Notes under the pieces: model-generated
The model's input: only the letters and a program-made list of their open reading frames with translations
Told to the model about the DNA's origin: nothing
Database searches by the model: none
Translations under genes and position numbers: made by a program
Shown: positions 38,230 to 47,541 of the stretch, piece by piece
How the letters are laid out: every line of letters begins with the position of its first letter
Numbering within the stretch: position 1 is the first letter of the stretch
DNA from: a virus
Direction: 5' to 3' (one strand)
Length of the DNA stretch: 64,000 nucleotides
Virus record (IMG/VR): IMGVR_UViG_3300013104_000022
Location: 31,259-95,258 of that record

Positions 38230-38915
38230 TGTGTTGCCGTTTCGATATGGTTGGAGCGACCGTCCTTCTTGTGGCCCCAATGGTGAACAGCAACAGTACT
38301 CTCTGGGTAGGATCGACCTTGAGCATCTCCCCCTGGCTCAATGTCCTTCCAGTGAATCGGGTTGAATGTCTCGACGGGGAAAACATGAATCCTATCCATG
38401 TCCGCCCAAGCCATTTCGGTCAGGTATCCTGGACCTGTAGACATTACCATTTCATCAGTGGGGTTTAGCCAATAGTTTTCTGGAAGATTGTCTAGTACAA
38501 AATCCCAGAAGGGGTCTTCTTTCTCGGGTGCTCCGATAGCCGCGTTTACAATTCTACCGTCTACGTAATTCTCCAAGCTAGCCCAAGCTTTACCAGGGAT
38601 AATCGGCTCTAGAGGACGCACAGGCTCCATGTCAGTGTTGAAGTAAGCCCCACCGAACTTCCAGACTAGGTAATATCCCATAATGTCGGCTAGTTGTACA
38701 TAAAGCTCGATGCCTTTACGTCCCGCATCCCTTTTGTACAAGTCCTGGATAACTTCATAGACTTCTGGAAAATCGTCTCGCACGAACTGTACAGTCTCTT
38801 CATCAAAGTCAAATACCTGCCAGCCAGGATTTAGCTCTTCCCAAAGGAAGCCGAATTCTTGATAAGAGACGGGCATAGGCCTTCCGGCCCAAAAACGAGT
38901 GATTACCTTTTCCAT
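38226..38915 (-). CDS. Glycosyltransferase, DxD (GT32/Och1-like)
   Basis: I..FW.G, W...NPGW, AD......V...GG.Y.NTD, TGPGYLT and HHW motifs. Confidence 0.88.
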   Translation of the reverse strand: MEKVITRFWAGRPMPVSYQEFGFLWEELNPGWQVFDFDEETVQFVRDDFPEVYEVIQDLYKRDAGRKGIELYVQLADIMGYYLVWKFGGAYFNTDMEPVRPLEPIIPGKAWASLENYVDGRIVNAAIGAPEKEDPFWDFVLDNLPENYWLNPTDEMVMSTGPGYLTEMAWADMDRIHVFPVETFNPIHWKDIEPGGDAQGRSYPESTVAVHHWGHKKDGRSNHIETATQ

Positions 38916-39880
38916 TAGCGTGCCTTCTTATCGTACTCGTCAAGCCAATTGTAGGCGTAATACTGAGTGGTCAAGCTAATGCCCGCTTCCAGCGTTACAA
39001 AGTCCTTATCCGGGTCTAGTCCTAGAAGGTGAAGCTTTGACGTATCTGCGGTAACGGAAGAGTTGGGCACTTCACCGGGTCGCATAGGCAAATCTACGAT
39101 CTTAGATCGAGGTCCAATAGCGTACGGCGCGGCGGCATTCAGAACAATGTCTGCAACTTCCCTAACCGTGTGGCTCTTTGTAGGACCGACGCCAAAAGTC
39201 TCGGGTCCGTTTTCTCGGGTGTACTTAAGAGCATTGACGAATGTTCGAGCTACGTCTCCCACGTAGACACAATCGCTGACCTGTACACCGCCACCGTATA
39301 GCTCGATGTCGTCTCCCACAAGCGCGCGGCAGATGAAGCTCGGCATGATCTTACGGACCTTGGAGTGGCCGTATGGCTCTGCGATGCTCTGGAAGGGTCC
39401 GTAGGCGTTGACAGGACGCACAACACTGATCTTTCCCTTACGGAACTTGTTGAACATGCGGGCGAAGTCCTCTACCGCTGTCTTGCTGATCGTGTAGGAA
39501 CCGGCCCCGTGGTCGCGCATCCAGTGATTACCCACGCCCGCATATACCACAGGAAGGTCATACTGATTAGCGGCCTCGAATACGTTCAAAGAACCGAGAA
39601 TGTTCGTCTCGGCGGAAGGTCGGGGGTTCGTGATGGTCTCTTGAGTGCCTAGCACTGCGGCAAGGTGAATGATGCCGTCTACGTGCGCCGCCGCTTCAGT
39701 GACCGACGTGGCGTCTCTCACGTCTCCGTGGAAGATTTCAACCCTGTCCTGAGGGGTGCCCCGAAGAGTTCCGGGAGAGTTGTGATCGAAAACCAGCACC
39801 CCGTGCCCGTCTTCAAGCAGGGTTTGGACAACATACCAGCCGATGAAGCCGGTTCCGCCTGTTACTAGTACTTTTGACAT
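38915..39880 (-). CDS. NAD-dependent nucleotide-sugar epimerase/dehydratase (extended SDR)
   Basis: VTGGTGFIG, HLAA, YxxSK and NAYGP motifs. Confidence 0.93.
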   Translation of the reverse strand: MSKVLVTGGTGFIGWYVVQTLLEDGHGVLVFDHNSPGTLRGTPQDRVEIFHGDVRDATSVTEAAAHVDGIIHLAAVLGTQETITNPRPSAETNILGSLNVFEAANQYDLPVVYAGVGNHWMRDHGAGSYTISKTAVEDFARMFNKFRKGKISVVRPVNAYGPFQSIAEPYGHSKVRKIMPSFICRALVGDDIELYGGGVQVSDCVYVGDVARTFVNALKYTRENGPETFGVGPTKSHTVREVADIVLNAAAPYAIGPRSKIVDLPMRPGEVPNSSVTADTSKLHLLGLDPDKDFVTLEAGISLTTQYYAYNWLDEYDKKAR

Positions 39881-40956
39881 TACTTTCCTACCCGCTCACG
39901 CATTTCTTGAAGAGTGAGCTTCTTGGCCTGTTGTTGAGGAGCTACCTGAACCGGAGCGGACTTAGGTGTTGTTCCTCGAAGCTTATTTAGAGTCTCGTGC
40001 ATCAACACTACCGCAAGTTGGAGATTTCCGCGAGGATCGTCGGAATTTCTAATCTTAGTCTTCAAATCCCACAGTACCCGGCACATGAGAACAAGCTCGT
40101 CGCGGCTGACTCGGGGAACGATTGTATCGATCTCGGGAGGTACTTCTCCGATGCTTCCTCCCGACTTCAGAATGAGAAGGTCACGAAGTACTCGAAGAAT
40201 CTGCTCGCTGATCTCAGAAGGCAGGGACGTTCTCTTCAGCGCTTCCTTCAACCTATCGAAAATGGCAGGGATATCCTGAGACACTACGGCAAGGACGATG
40301 CCGGGACCGAAGTCGTCGTTACCGGATACCTCTCTGAACTCTTCCAGGGTCTTGATTTCAGAAAGAATGACCTGATTGAGGCTATTCAGAGAGGTTCGCA
40401 CATTTCCGTGTGCCGACTCAGCGAGGTAGTAGAGGAAGGGATCAGGGATTCCCCTACCTTCTGCAACAGAGACGTGCTGTAGGTGCTCAAAGAGCGCCCC
40501 GGTAGAGACACGTCGGAACTCGAATTCGATCAAACGCCTCTTGACAGTCTCAATGATCTTCTCAGGCTCCGTGGTGACCAAGATGAACAGAACGCCCGCT
40601 GGCGGCTCTTCTAGAGGCTTCAGGAGCACGTTGAACGCCTCCCGCGTCATGTTGTGCGCCTCATCCAAGATCAGGGTTCGTCTCGTACCTCCCGAGTACT
40701 TCAGAGAGTCCATGAGGGCGCGCGCATCCTCTACACGACCGTTAGACGCCGCGTCAACCTCGATGATCTCTCCTCCCAGCTTCTCAGCTACGAGGCGGGC
40801 CGCAGAAGTCTTCCCGGTCCCCGAAGGTCCGGTGAGAAGAAGTCCCGGAGGAATCTGATTCTTCTCTACCATCTTCGACAACACAGCGGCGACCATCTTC
40901 TGCCCGATGAGTTGGTTGAACTCCTGAGGACGATACTTGCTCGCGAGGTTACTCAT
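39880..40956 (-). CDS. dnaX: DNA polymerase III gamma/tau-like clamp loader
   Basis: KYRP.F..LIGQ, GPSGTGKTS, EVDAASN, ILDEAH, LLK.LEEPP. Confidence 0.92.
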   Translation of the reverse strand: MSNLASKYRPQEFNQLIGQKMVAAVLSKMVEKNQIPPGLLLTGPSGTGKTSAARLVAEKLGGEIIEVDAASNGRVEDARALMDSLKYSGGTRRTLILDEAHNMTREAFNVLLKPLEEPPAGVLFILVTTEPEKIIETVKRRLIEFEFRRVSTGALFEHLQHVSVAEGRGIPDPFLYYLAESAHGNVRTSLNSLNQVILSEIKTLEEFREVSGNDDFGPGIVLAVVSQDIPAIFDRLKEALKRTSLPSEISEQILRVLRDLLILKSGGSIGEVPPEIDTIVPRVSRDELVLMCRVLWDLKTKIRNSDDPRGNLQLAVVLMHETLNKLRGTTPKSAPVQVAPQQQAKKLTLQEMRERVGK

Positions 40957-41287
40957 GAACTCTGTCCTTTACCCAATACTTCTTCTTACCCACATGGATA
41001 CCGCCACACTCGCAACGGTATTCACTGAAAAGCTCATTGTACTCACGGCAGAGAGTGGTTGCCGCCTTACGCCCTTCTGCATCTGTCCTGTAGAGCTTCT
41101 TGTCAGGACGGGGGCACCGCCAGACCTCACTCTTGTTCATGCGGGCACGATGGTTGCGCTTGCACGTCTTACTGTGGTAGCTAGGAACACTGGCTTCCCA
41201 GCCGGGAGGCACCGTCCAGGAGAACACTCTGGGGCATCCGATGCACTTGACCGCGAGGGTATCCCCCACGTCAAATCCGTTATTCAC
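40949..41287 (-). CDS. Small Zn-binding protein
   Basis: Likely GTG start at 41287; CIGC, CP.PDK..Y and YRC.CG..H.G motifs. Confidence 0.65.
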   Translation of the reverse strand: MNNGFDVGDTLAVKCIGCPRVFSWTVPPGWEASVPSYHSKTCKRNHRARMNKSEVWRCPRPDKKLYRTDAEGRKAATTLCREYNELFSEYRCECGGIHVGKKKYWVKDRVHE

Positions 41288-41930
41288 TCTCCACCGCCTC
41301 AGTCTTGCCGTCTTTGATCGAGAATCTGTAAGACTTGTCGCTGTATTCCATGAACTCGGGTTGGTGGGTAACCATGATGATCTGAATACCTGTCTTGTCA
41401 ACCAACTCCCTCAGGAACTCCCCTAGGGGTGGCAGGTACTCGTCTGAAACGTGAGCGAAGGTCTCATCCAAGATTAGAACATTATCCTGCTTGGTACCTG
41501 AGGAAAGAAGAAGCACCACGACTCGAAGCAAGAATCCGATGGTGGCGGCGAGTCCTCCACCACGCGCGTCGAGAACGGGAGTCTCGATGAAGGTGTCTCC
41601 AAGAGTGGTGCGAACCATGAACTCGGCGGTGACCGAACGGCCCTTGATCGTCTGCACGATGTGAAAACTCAAGGTTGAGTCAAAGATGGTCTGAAGACCT
41701 CTCGTGACCAACTCCTCGATGGTTTCCTGAGCTTGCATCTGACGGTCTTCCCCGATGGTGTTCAGGAGGATCGTGACACGCTCAAGATCGTCTACCAGGG
41801 CTTCCTTGTCATCGATGTTGCTTTGGATATCCTTGGCCCTCTGAAGGACGGCCTTGGCCTCCCCCAGACGTGTGTCTACTTCGCGGCGCTTCCGGTGAAG
41901 CTCCCTCTCAAGTTCTGAGAATTTCATCAT
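41280..41930 (-). CDS. SbcC/Rad50-like ATPase, C-terminal half only
   Basis: Coiled coil, GGG signature, LILDE Walker B and VTH H-loop; no Walker A. Confidence 0.85.
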   Translation of the reverse strand: MMKFSELERELHRKRREVDTRLGEAKAVLQRAKDIQSNIDDKEALVDDLERVTILLNTIGEDRQMQAQETIEELVTRGLQTIFDSTLSFHIVQTIKGRSVTAEFMVRTTLGDTFIETPVLDARGGGLAATIGFLLRVVVLLLSSGTKQDNVLILDETFAHVSDEYLPPLGEFLRELVDKTGIQIIMVTHQPEFMEYSDKSYRFSIKDGKTEAVESE

Positions 41931-41933
41931 CCC

Positions 41934-43148
41934 TCACATATAGATTGGCGGTTTCTGCTGAAGAACAATAGTCAGTCCCTCTTCTGGGTCATTCATGTAT
42001 ACAGGAGACTTCTGCCCCTTGGCGGGGTCGTCTCCCAGCTTCAGGAACACGAACTCGTCCGTGGTGGATTCGAGAAGGTCTAGGAGCTTCCTGTAATGGA
42101 AGAACATGGGAGAAAACTTGGCGGGACCGGACCACTGGCACTCGATAGAGTCCTCTGAGGAGTTACCTCCAAGGTCGCGTGCGGAAACAGTCAACTTATA
42201 GATATCGTGAGCTTCCGGTACCACAGTCAGTGAGATGGTGGCGGACGCGGGATCAGAGTTGATCTTGACTCTCTGAATGCTCTGAATTAGCTCTGCTCGA
42301 TCCAAACTGAGGGTGTGCTCGTTTCGAAGTGCGGGGGCAAGCAGAAGAGTGTCCAACTTGGGGAAGGGCAGGATAGACCTCTGAGTGATGAACTTCTCTG
42401 TGCCAATGTCAAACAGCAATGCTGTCTTGGACATCTCGACAGTGATCAAATCGGCGTCTGAATTTTCCAAGGCCTTGACCAAGAGGCGCGCGGCGGCTAC
42501 CTGAAGGTTGAAGTTAGTCTTTGCAGGAAATTCATGAATCTGCTTACGGTGAAGACGAGTTCCGTCACACACCGTCGCGTAGCCGTCTTTGATCTGAACT
42601 TGCTGAAGAGACTCGCGGGCCGTGTTCTCGGGAGAGGCCTTCAAGGTGATCTTGAGAGCATTCAGGAACTCCCAGCGTGGGATGTCGATGGGATACGTAT
42701 CTTCTGTGCGAAAGAAGGTAGGAGCCTTCTTGCTGGAATCCACCTGAATGTTCCACCGGACGTTGCCTGAGCGCACGTAGAGAGTGCCGCCCACGGCCTG
42801 AATGTGCACCCACTTCTTGGGGGCGAGCTTCGCCACTTCCAGAAGCTTCTTGCCGGGAACAGACACCGCTCCCGCGCGCACGACCTTAGGCCCGTCTACG
42901 TCAAAGAGCGCCTGTTGCTCACCGTTCGTTGCGTAGAAACTGAGGAAAGCTACGGTACCCGGCTTGGCTTCATGTGCTGTCAGGTGCACGAGACTAGAGC
43001 CAGGAATGGTCTCCTTGTTGGGGAGGATCGGCACCGTTCGAGCTAGGTAAGCGGTGAGAAGTTCCCGCTTAATTGAGAATGCAATGTGAGCGTCTACTTC
43101 CACGAGTTCAGCGTCGTGTTCTTCGACAAGCTCAAGGGTCTTAACCAT
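41934..43148 (-). CDS. dnaN: DNA polymerase III beta sliding clamp-like protein
   Basis: 404 aa, ATNGE and CDGTRL motifs, FP...L..., three-domain clamp pattern, next to dnaX. Confidence 0.8.
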   Translation of the reverse strand: MVKTLELVEEHDAELVEVDAHIAFSIKRELLTAYLARTVPILPNKETIPGSSLVHLTAHEAKPGTVAFLSFYATNGEQQALFDVDGPKVVRAGAVSVPGKKLLEVAKLAPKKWVHIQAVGGTLYVRSGNVRWNIQVDSSKKAPTFFRTEDTYPIDIPRWEFLNALKITLKASPENTARESLQQVQIKDGYATVCDGTRLHRKQIHEFPAKTNFNLQVAAARLLVKALENSDADLITVEMSKTALLFDIGTEKFITQRSILPFPKLDTLLLAPALRNEHTLSLDRAELIQSIQRVKINSDPASATISLTVVPEAHDIYKLTVSARDLGGNSSEDSIECQWSGPAKFSPMFFHYRKLLDLLESTTDEFVFLKLGDDPAKGQKSPVYMNDPEEGLTIVLQQKPPIYM

Positions 43149-43377
43149 CTAGAGTCTCCTTGGCCTTTTCGTAGAGCTTATCAGCACGCTTCTGTAGCTT
43201 CAGGAGAAGGGCTTCACCCTCTTCAGGTGTGGAGACCTTGAACTCCTTCTTTAGGCGCGCTAGAGCCTTGTCTGCGGCTTCCTGAGCGGCTTCGTACGCT
43301 ACGGTAGCGCGGGCATGGTCACTCTTCCGTGCCTCAATCGCCTCCGTGAGAGCGTTCATCTGTTCCGTCGTAGTCAT
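43141..43377 (-). CDS. Small coiled-coil protein
   Basis: 78 aa; leaderless promoter TTGCGA-17-TAGGAT-6-ATG. Confidence 0.7.
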   Translation of the reverse strand: MTTTEQMNALTEAIEARKSDHARATVAYEAAQEAADKALARLKKEFKVSTPEEGEALLLKLQKRADKLYEKAKETLDG

Positions 43378-43413
43378 GTACTGATCCTAGTCCAGTTTGG
43401 TGACGGTCGCAAC

Positions 43414-44268
43414 CTATAGTAGAGAGGCTACCTTCTTGCCGTTGATCATAGAGGGGGCGAACTTGGAGCAAGCGTGCTTCACGTCGCAGTAGCGGCAGAA
43501 CTTCGTGTCATTTCGAGGTGTGTGATCCTCTGACCACACGTCCCAAGCCATTTCAGCGATCTTACCGATAATCTCGTCTTTAGAGGTCTCGGAGATGCGG
43601 AAACCCTTGACGGGTTCCTTGCAGAGAGGTTGGAACAAAGCCGTAGCTTTGGTCTGAGTACCTTGCTCTAGCCACACCGCGAGATCGTAGAAGGTGAGTT
43701 GCCCTCGGGTCTTCCGCCAGTAGTACTCGTCCTTGGTGTGCTTCACGTCGAAAACAGAAAACTGGTTCTTATCGTTACGAACAATGATGTCCATGAAGCC
43801 GTTGAGAAGAATCTTCTCGGTTCCGCCCTTGGGGTGAGGAACAGCGAGAGGAACCTCAAACTTGTAGTCTGCCTTGTACTCGAAAGGTACGACAAACTTG
43901 TAAAGTACGGGTTCGATCTTCGTGACGGCAGTAATGCACTCATCGCGAACGCGAGCCTTGTCCTCGGGGTCTCGCCACCGGAGGATACCGCGACCTTCCG
44001 CGATCTTCTGCTCTTCCCGTTCCATCACGGCGTCAACCATGTCGGGCATGACTCCCTGAGAGTTCAGAGGGTCTGTCTCTAGCCACTCTCGTACTACCCG
44101 GTCGGTGATGGTGCCGGGGAAGTAGTTTCTCACATCTTCGAGAGTAGCTTTTTTCTTCTGCCTGTGCAGGTAGCCGCGTTGCTTGCACTCCATGTGCGTG
44201 CGGAGGCTACTCCAACTGATTCGGAGCATGGCGTTACCGCACTCCTTACACTTCTTCGGATGAATCAT
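43414..44268 (-). CDS. Cas4/RecB-like PD-(D/E)xK exonuclease
   Basis: SWSSL....C, GFMD...FDVK, QL.FY and C-terminal CxxC-x5-C. Confidence 0.88.
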   Translation of the reverse strand: MIHPKKCKECGNAMLRISWSSLRTHMECKQRGYLHRQKKKATLEDVRNYFPGTITDRVVREWLETDPLNSQGVMPDMVDAVMEREEQKIAEGRGILRWRDPEDKARVRDECITAVTKIEPVLYKFVVPFEYKADYKFEVPLAVPHPKGGTEKILLNGFMDIIVRNDKNQFSVFDVKHTKDEYYWRKTRGQLTFYDLAVWLEQGTQTKATALFQPLCKEPVKGFRISETSKDEIIGKIAEMAWDVWSEDHTPRNDTKFCRYCDVKHACSKFAPSMINGKKVASLL

Positions 44269-44443
44269 CCTTGGGTTCCACCCTACGTACGGCCTGTGAG
44301 CCGGAATAGAGGGTCACTGGACCTCGATCAGTGTGAACGTGGATCAGTCCGGACTTCTTATCGATGGTGTTGATAAACCCTTCGATCTCTAGACCGTCCT
44401 TTGTGACAATGACGGGTTCGAACTCTTTCCAGTGGGTAGCCAT
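44246..44443 (-). CDS. Small beta-barrel protein (65 aa)
   Basis: Start MATHWK after GGAGG, with TG-a-TAGAAT upstream. Confidence 0.65.
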   Translation of the reverse strand: MATHWKEFEPVIVTKDGLEIEGFINTIDKKSGLIHVHTDRGPVTLYSGSQAVRRVEPKDDSSEEV

Positions 44444-44460
44444 GTTTCCTCCAAGGTAAC

Positions 44461-44492
44461 ATTCTATCAGTAAAGTGGGGTAGAATAGTCTC
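44461..44492. promoter_or_regulatory. Back-to-back TAGAAT -10 boxes (divergent promoters)
   Basis: ATTCTA at 44461-44466 and TAGAAT at 44481-44486; the latter is 6 nt before ATG 44493. Confidence 0.65.
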
Positions 44493-44684
44493 ATGAACTA
44501 TCTAAAGGTACTACAGCAGACACAAGAAAAACTCGATCAAATCGAGGCGGCTCGTGACCACTATTTGAAGCTGAGGACAGAACAGGTGATCTCTGCGAGG
44601 AATGACGGAGCTACTGTGTCACAAATCGCAATGGCTACTGGACTGTCACAGGTACGAGTGTACCAAATCCTTCAGGGTCGTTAG
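44493..44684 (+). CDS. Small helix-turn-helix DNA-binding protein
   Basis: AR..GATVSQIAMATGLSQVRVYQIL; leaderless; the only plus-strand gene in the left 52 kb. Confidence 0.85.
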   Translation: MNYLKVLQQTQEKLDQIEAARDHYLKLRTEQVISARNDGATVSQIAMATGLSQVRVYQILQGR

Positions 44685-45658
44685 GTCTCGACTTCAGAAA
44701 GAATCCCGAGAGCTAGGGTCTTCACTGACGGCTTCAGTTCCATCGTGCGGATGTGGTCAGCCACGCTGCCCGTGTCGGTAATGGAAATCTCACGATATCC
44801 GATCTCCGATAGGAACTCGTCAAGGGAGACCTTAGCTCTCTTTTCTTCCTTGGCTTCAACAATCTTCAGAGCTTCCTCTGCGGGTCGAGCCGGAATCAAG
44901 ATTTCGTGAAAGCCGTCGTCGTACTCAGCATCATCCATGGTCCAGAGTAGAACCTTGATATCCCGGTGGATGTTGTACTCAGCGATGGAACCTCGGCTGA
45001 TAGCTCCCACATTGGCGAAAGTCACCCCGCCGTCCTCGAAAATGCCGTGATCCTCGTGGATGTGACCGTAGTGTAGGTATCCCCTGCCTCCCATAGCCTC
45101 TGCAAGGTTCACTGTAGGCACTAGCTCATAGGGGACGCCCTCTGCTAGGTCCGGGGGGAAGATAGGCGCGTGAGTGACCACGAGAGACTTCTGGGACAGA
45201 GGATGGTCCTTGAACTTGTCGAAGGCCTCTGTCCACTGCTCGGGATCGTTCCAGCGCTGTTGCCACGGTACTCCGTAGAGCGGAAGCTTTTCTTGCGCCC
45301 ACCCGACAAGCTCCTTGGCTCCCGCCGCGAAGAGAACACCCAGAGGTTGCTTCTCGTGGATGCTCTCAAGTCGGTGATTAGAGATATCGTGGTTGCCAGT
45401 CACGATGAACAGGTTGTTGTACTTCTGCACAATCTTGATCATCTTGAGCACACAGGCGTGGCTCGTGCGACCGGGCTGGGGGAAGTGGAAAACATCTCCC
45501 GCCCACACCACGGCGTCTGCGTCAAGTTCTTCTTCTAGCTCTGAGATGTGTGTCAGAGCGTCCAGGATGTCCTGAGGGTACGTGTCAGCGGCGTTAGCGG
45601 GAGCGGTATCGCGCATGTGGATGTCCCCGACAAGAATAATCCTAGACAAGGAAAGCAA
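44681..45658 (-). CDS. Mre11/SbcD-like metallophosphoesterase nuclease
   Basis: GDIH, GDVFH, GNHD, TH and GHIH motifs. Confidence 0.9.
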   Translation of the reverse strand: MLSLSRIILVGDIHMRDTAPANAADTYPQDILDALTHISELEEELDADAVVWAGDVFHFPQPGRTSHACVLKMIKIVQKYNNLFIVTGNHDISNHRLESIHEKQPLGVLFAAGAKELVGWAQEKLPLYGVPWQQRWNDPEQWTEAFDKFKDHPLSQKSLVVTHAPIFPPDLAEGVPYELVPTVNLAEAMGGRGYLHYGHIHEDHGIFEDGGVTFANVGAISRGSIAEYNIHRDIKVLLWTMDDAEYDDGFHEILIPARPAEEALKIVEAKEEKRAKVSLDEFLSEIGYREISITDTGSVADHIRTMELKPSVKTLALGILSEVET

Positions 45659-45854
45659 CCCTTCTCACGAAGTAGATCGTGAAGTACAAGAAAATGAGAG
45701 CAATGAGCACCACGGGGATAGCTAGCCAGAATCCGACCTTTTCCTTGGATCGAAGAAGTCTGACGAGAACCCAGATAGCACCTACGGTGAGGGCGACGAA
45801 GAGTAGGCCAAAGGTGATGAATAGGGGAAGCACCATGGCTACGCCTCCGGTCAA
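45642..45854 (-). CDS. Small two-TM membrane protein
   Basis: Two hydrophobic segments. Confidence 0.6.
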   Translation of the reverse strand: MTGGVAMVLPLFITFGLLFVALTVGAIWVLVRLLRSKEKVGFWLAIPVVLIALIFLYFTIYFVRRVAFLV

Positions 45855-46483
45855 TTACGACTGTAGGAAAGAGCTTGGTGGAAGATATCTGTACGCTCTC
45901 GGAAGTCCTTGAGCGAACCGTCATTCTGGATAACTCTCTCGAACAAGTCTGGGTTCAAACTGTTCTCAGATTCGTGACCACCGGGGATCGGTTCGGTGCC
46001 AGGGCGTGAAATCCAGACAGAAGTTCCCCCTCCGTCGAAGATCATGTCAAGCTCATTTTGGAATCGAACTCCGGTGACCACTACGTTATTACCATCGGCT
46101 CTGAGCTTTTCGATCTTCCTAGCCGCGATGTCTGACCATACGTTCTCATCGAACATGTTCCGGCCGACTTGGGTACCGAGCTTCTGTAGGAACTCTCGTA
46201 CGTCCTTGTGCTTCTTGGCCTCGACGTACCCAACAGACTTGAGCAGAGCGTGCCACTTCACGAAGGAGAAGGCAACCGCTCGGTAGGCCCAATGAGAATT
46301 CTCGTCCTCTGTCAAAATCAGTACGTCGAAGTCGAGCCTGATCCAGGGGTCGAGATGATTCGTCGCTTCCACGAGGGGATCACTCATGTTGAGCTTTACG
46401 AATCCGTGCTTTTCTACAAGTTGATCTGCGAATGCGTCCTTGCCTGAACGCAGATATCCGCCAACTCCATACAAACTAGTCAT
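45851..46483 (-). CDS. Deoxynucleoside monophosphate kinase
   Basis: G...SGKD P-loop, REFLQKLGT, VRF.NE and H.SE motifs; start MTSLYG. Confidence 0.9.
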   Translation of the reverse strand: MTSLYGVGGYLRSGKDAFADQLVEKHGFVKLNMSDPLVEATNHLDPWIRLDFDVLILTEDENSHWAYRAVAFSFVKWHALLKSVGYVEAKKHKDVREFLQKLGTQVGRNMFDENVWSDIAARKIEKLRADGNNVVVTGVRFQNELDMIFDGGGTSVWISRPGTEPIPGGHESENSLNPDLFERVIQNDGSLKDFRERTDIFHQALSYSRN

Positions 46484-46502
46484 GTTATCCTCCACACAGC
46501 GA

Positions 46503-46542
46503 AAACCGCCTGTCATGAAGTCTACCTCATGACAGGCGGTTT
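46503..46542 (-). terminator. Intrinsic terminator
   Basis: Perfect 16-bp stem AAACCGCCTGTCATGA/TCATGACAGGCGGTTT. Confidence 0.85.
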
Positions 46543-46554
46543 AGGTACTACTTG

Positions 46555-47523
46555 TTACTGCTTTGCCTTCTTCCTCCCGTGTACCACGAGAGCGGTACCG
46601 GCACCGGTGATCAACAAACCTGCGACGATGAGGAACGCAATGTCCGCTCCGTCAAGACCCGTGGCGGCGAGAGTACCCGTCTCCTCCTCAGGCTGGGCAG
46701 TGACAACCGGCTTGGGAGTCTCTACGGGAGGGTTGACAACCACGGGGCAGACGACAGCGGCGTGCTCAATGCTCTCTGTCCACGCGGGGTTGTAGCTGGG
46801 ATTGCTGATCGTCTTCGTCTTCTCTCCCACAGCGGGCTTAGCCGGGACATCGATGATCTTCTCATCCCAGGCTTCCTTGACGACGACAACCTCATCGTAT
46901 GCGGGAGTCACGACGACAACCTCATCGTAGGCTTCCGTGATGATTTCCGTCCACGGTCCCTTGTCGGTCACCGTTCGAGTCTGTCCGTCGAAAAGAGCTT
47001 GCCACTGGCGCTCCCACTGAACATTCTTGCCGTGGGTACCGGAAGAGTGGAACTGAGGGCTTCCCAGAGGGGCGTCACTAAGCTCCCACGAGGTGTGGGT
47101 CTCAGGGCTGTACTTCTCCCATGAGCCGTACTCTGACCAGTCTCCCCAGCCTCGCGAACCCTTCTCACGGGTGCGCTCACGAGTGAACTTGGCGAAGTGG
47201 TACTCCGTGTGAGTGACCGCCTCGTGCTCCTTGGTCACTGCCTCGTGGTGAACGATCTTGGTCACCGCCTCGTGGTGAACAGTTGTCGTCTCTTCGGGAT
47301 GCGTCACGATGTGTGACACCTCTTCGACGGCGGGCTGATAGTCCTCGTTCTCCACGACGATTGTGGGAGTTCCCACCTCGGGATGATCCACGTACTCCGT
47401 GTAGGCGTCTGCCGCCGTACAGGTGGTCAGCGGCTCGTCTGCCGACGATGCCAGAGGCACGGACAGGCCGATTCCCACGAGAACAGCGGTAGCAAGTACC
47501 GCGAGTGTCTTTCTGAACTTCAT
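46555..47523 (-). CDS. Secreted, sortase-anchored (LAxTG) surface protein
   Basis: Signal peptide, HHEAVT and AYDEVVVV repeats, LAATG + TM helix + RKKAK tail. Confidence 0.85.
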   Translation of the reverse strand: MKFRKTLAVLATAVLVGIGLSVPLASSADEPLTTCTAADAYTEYVDHPEVGTPTIVVENEDYQPAVEEVSHIVTHPEETTTVHHEAVTKIVHHEAVTKEHEAVTHTEYHFAKFTRERTREKGSRGWGDWSEYGSWEKYSPETHTSWELSDAPLGSPQFHSSGTHGKNVQWERQWQALFDGQTRTVTDKGPWTEIITEAYDEVVVVTPAYDEVVVVKEAWDEKIIDVPAKPAVGEKTKTISNPSYNPAWTESIEHAAVVCPVVVNPPVETPKPVVTAQPEEETGTLAATGLDGADIAFLIVAGLLITGAGTALVVHGRKKAKQ

Positions 47524-47541
47524 GATTTCCCCTCCTCAGGG

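Noticed and set aside
43414-44268. CRISPR-Cas system suggested by the Cas4-like gene
   Set aside because: No array or other cas genes; solo Cas4-like nucleases are common in phage recombination modules.
46870-47290. Short DNA direct repeats as a guide array
   Set aside because: They are in-frame coding repeats (HHEAVTK, AYDEVVVV) of the surface protein.
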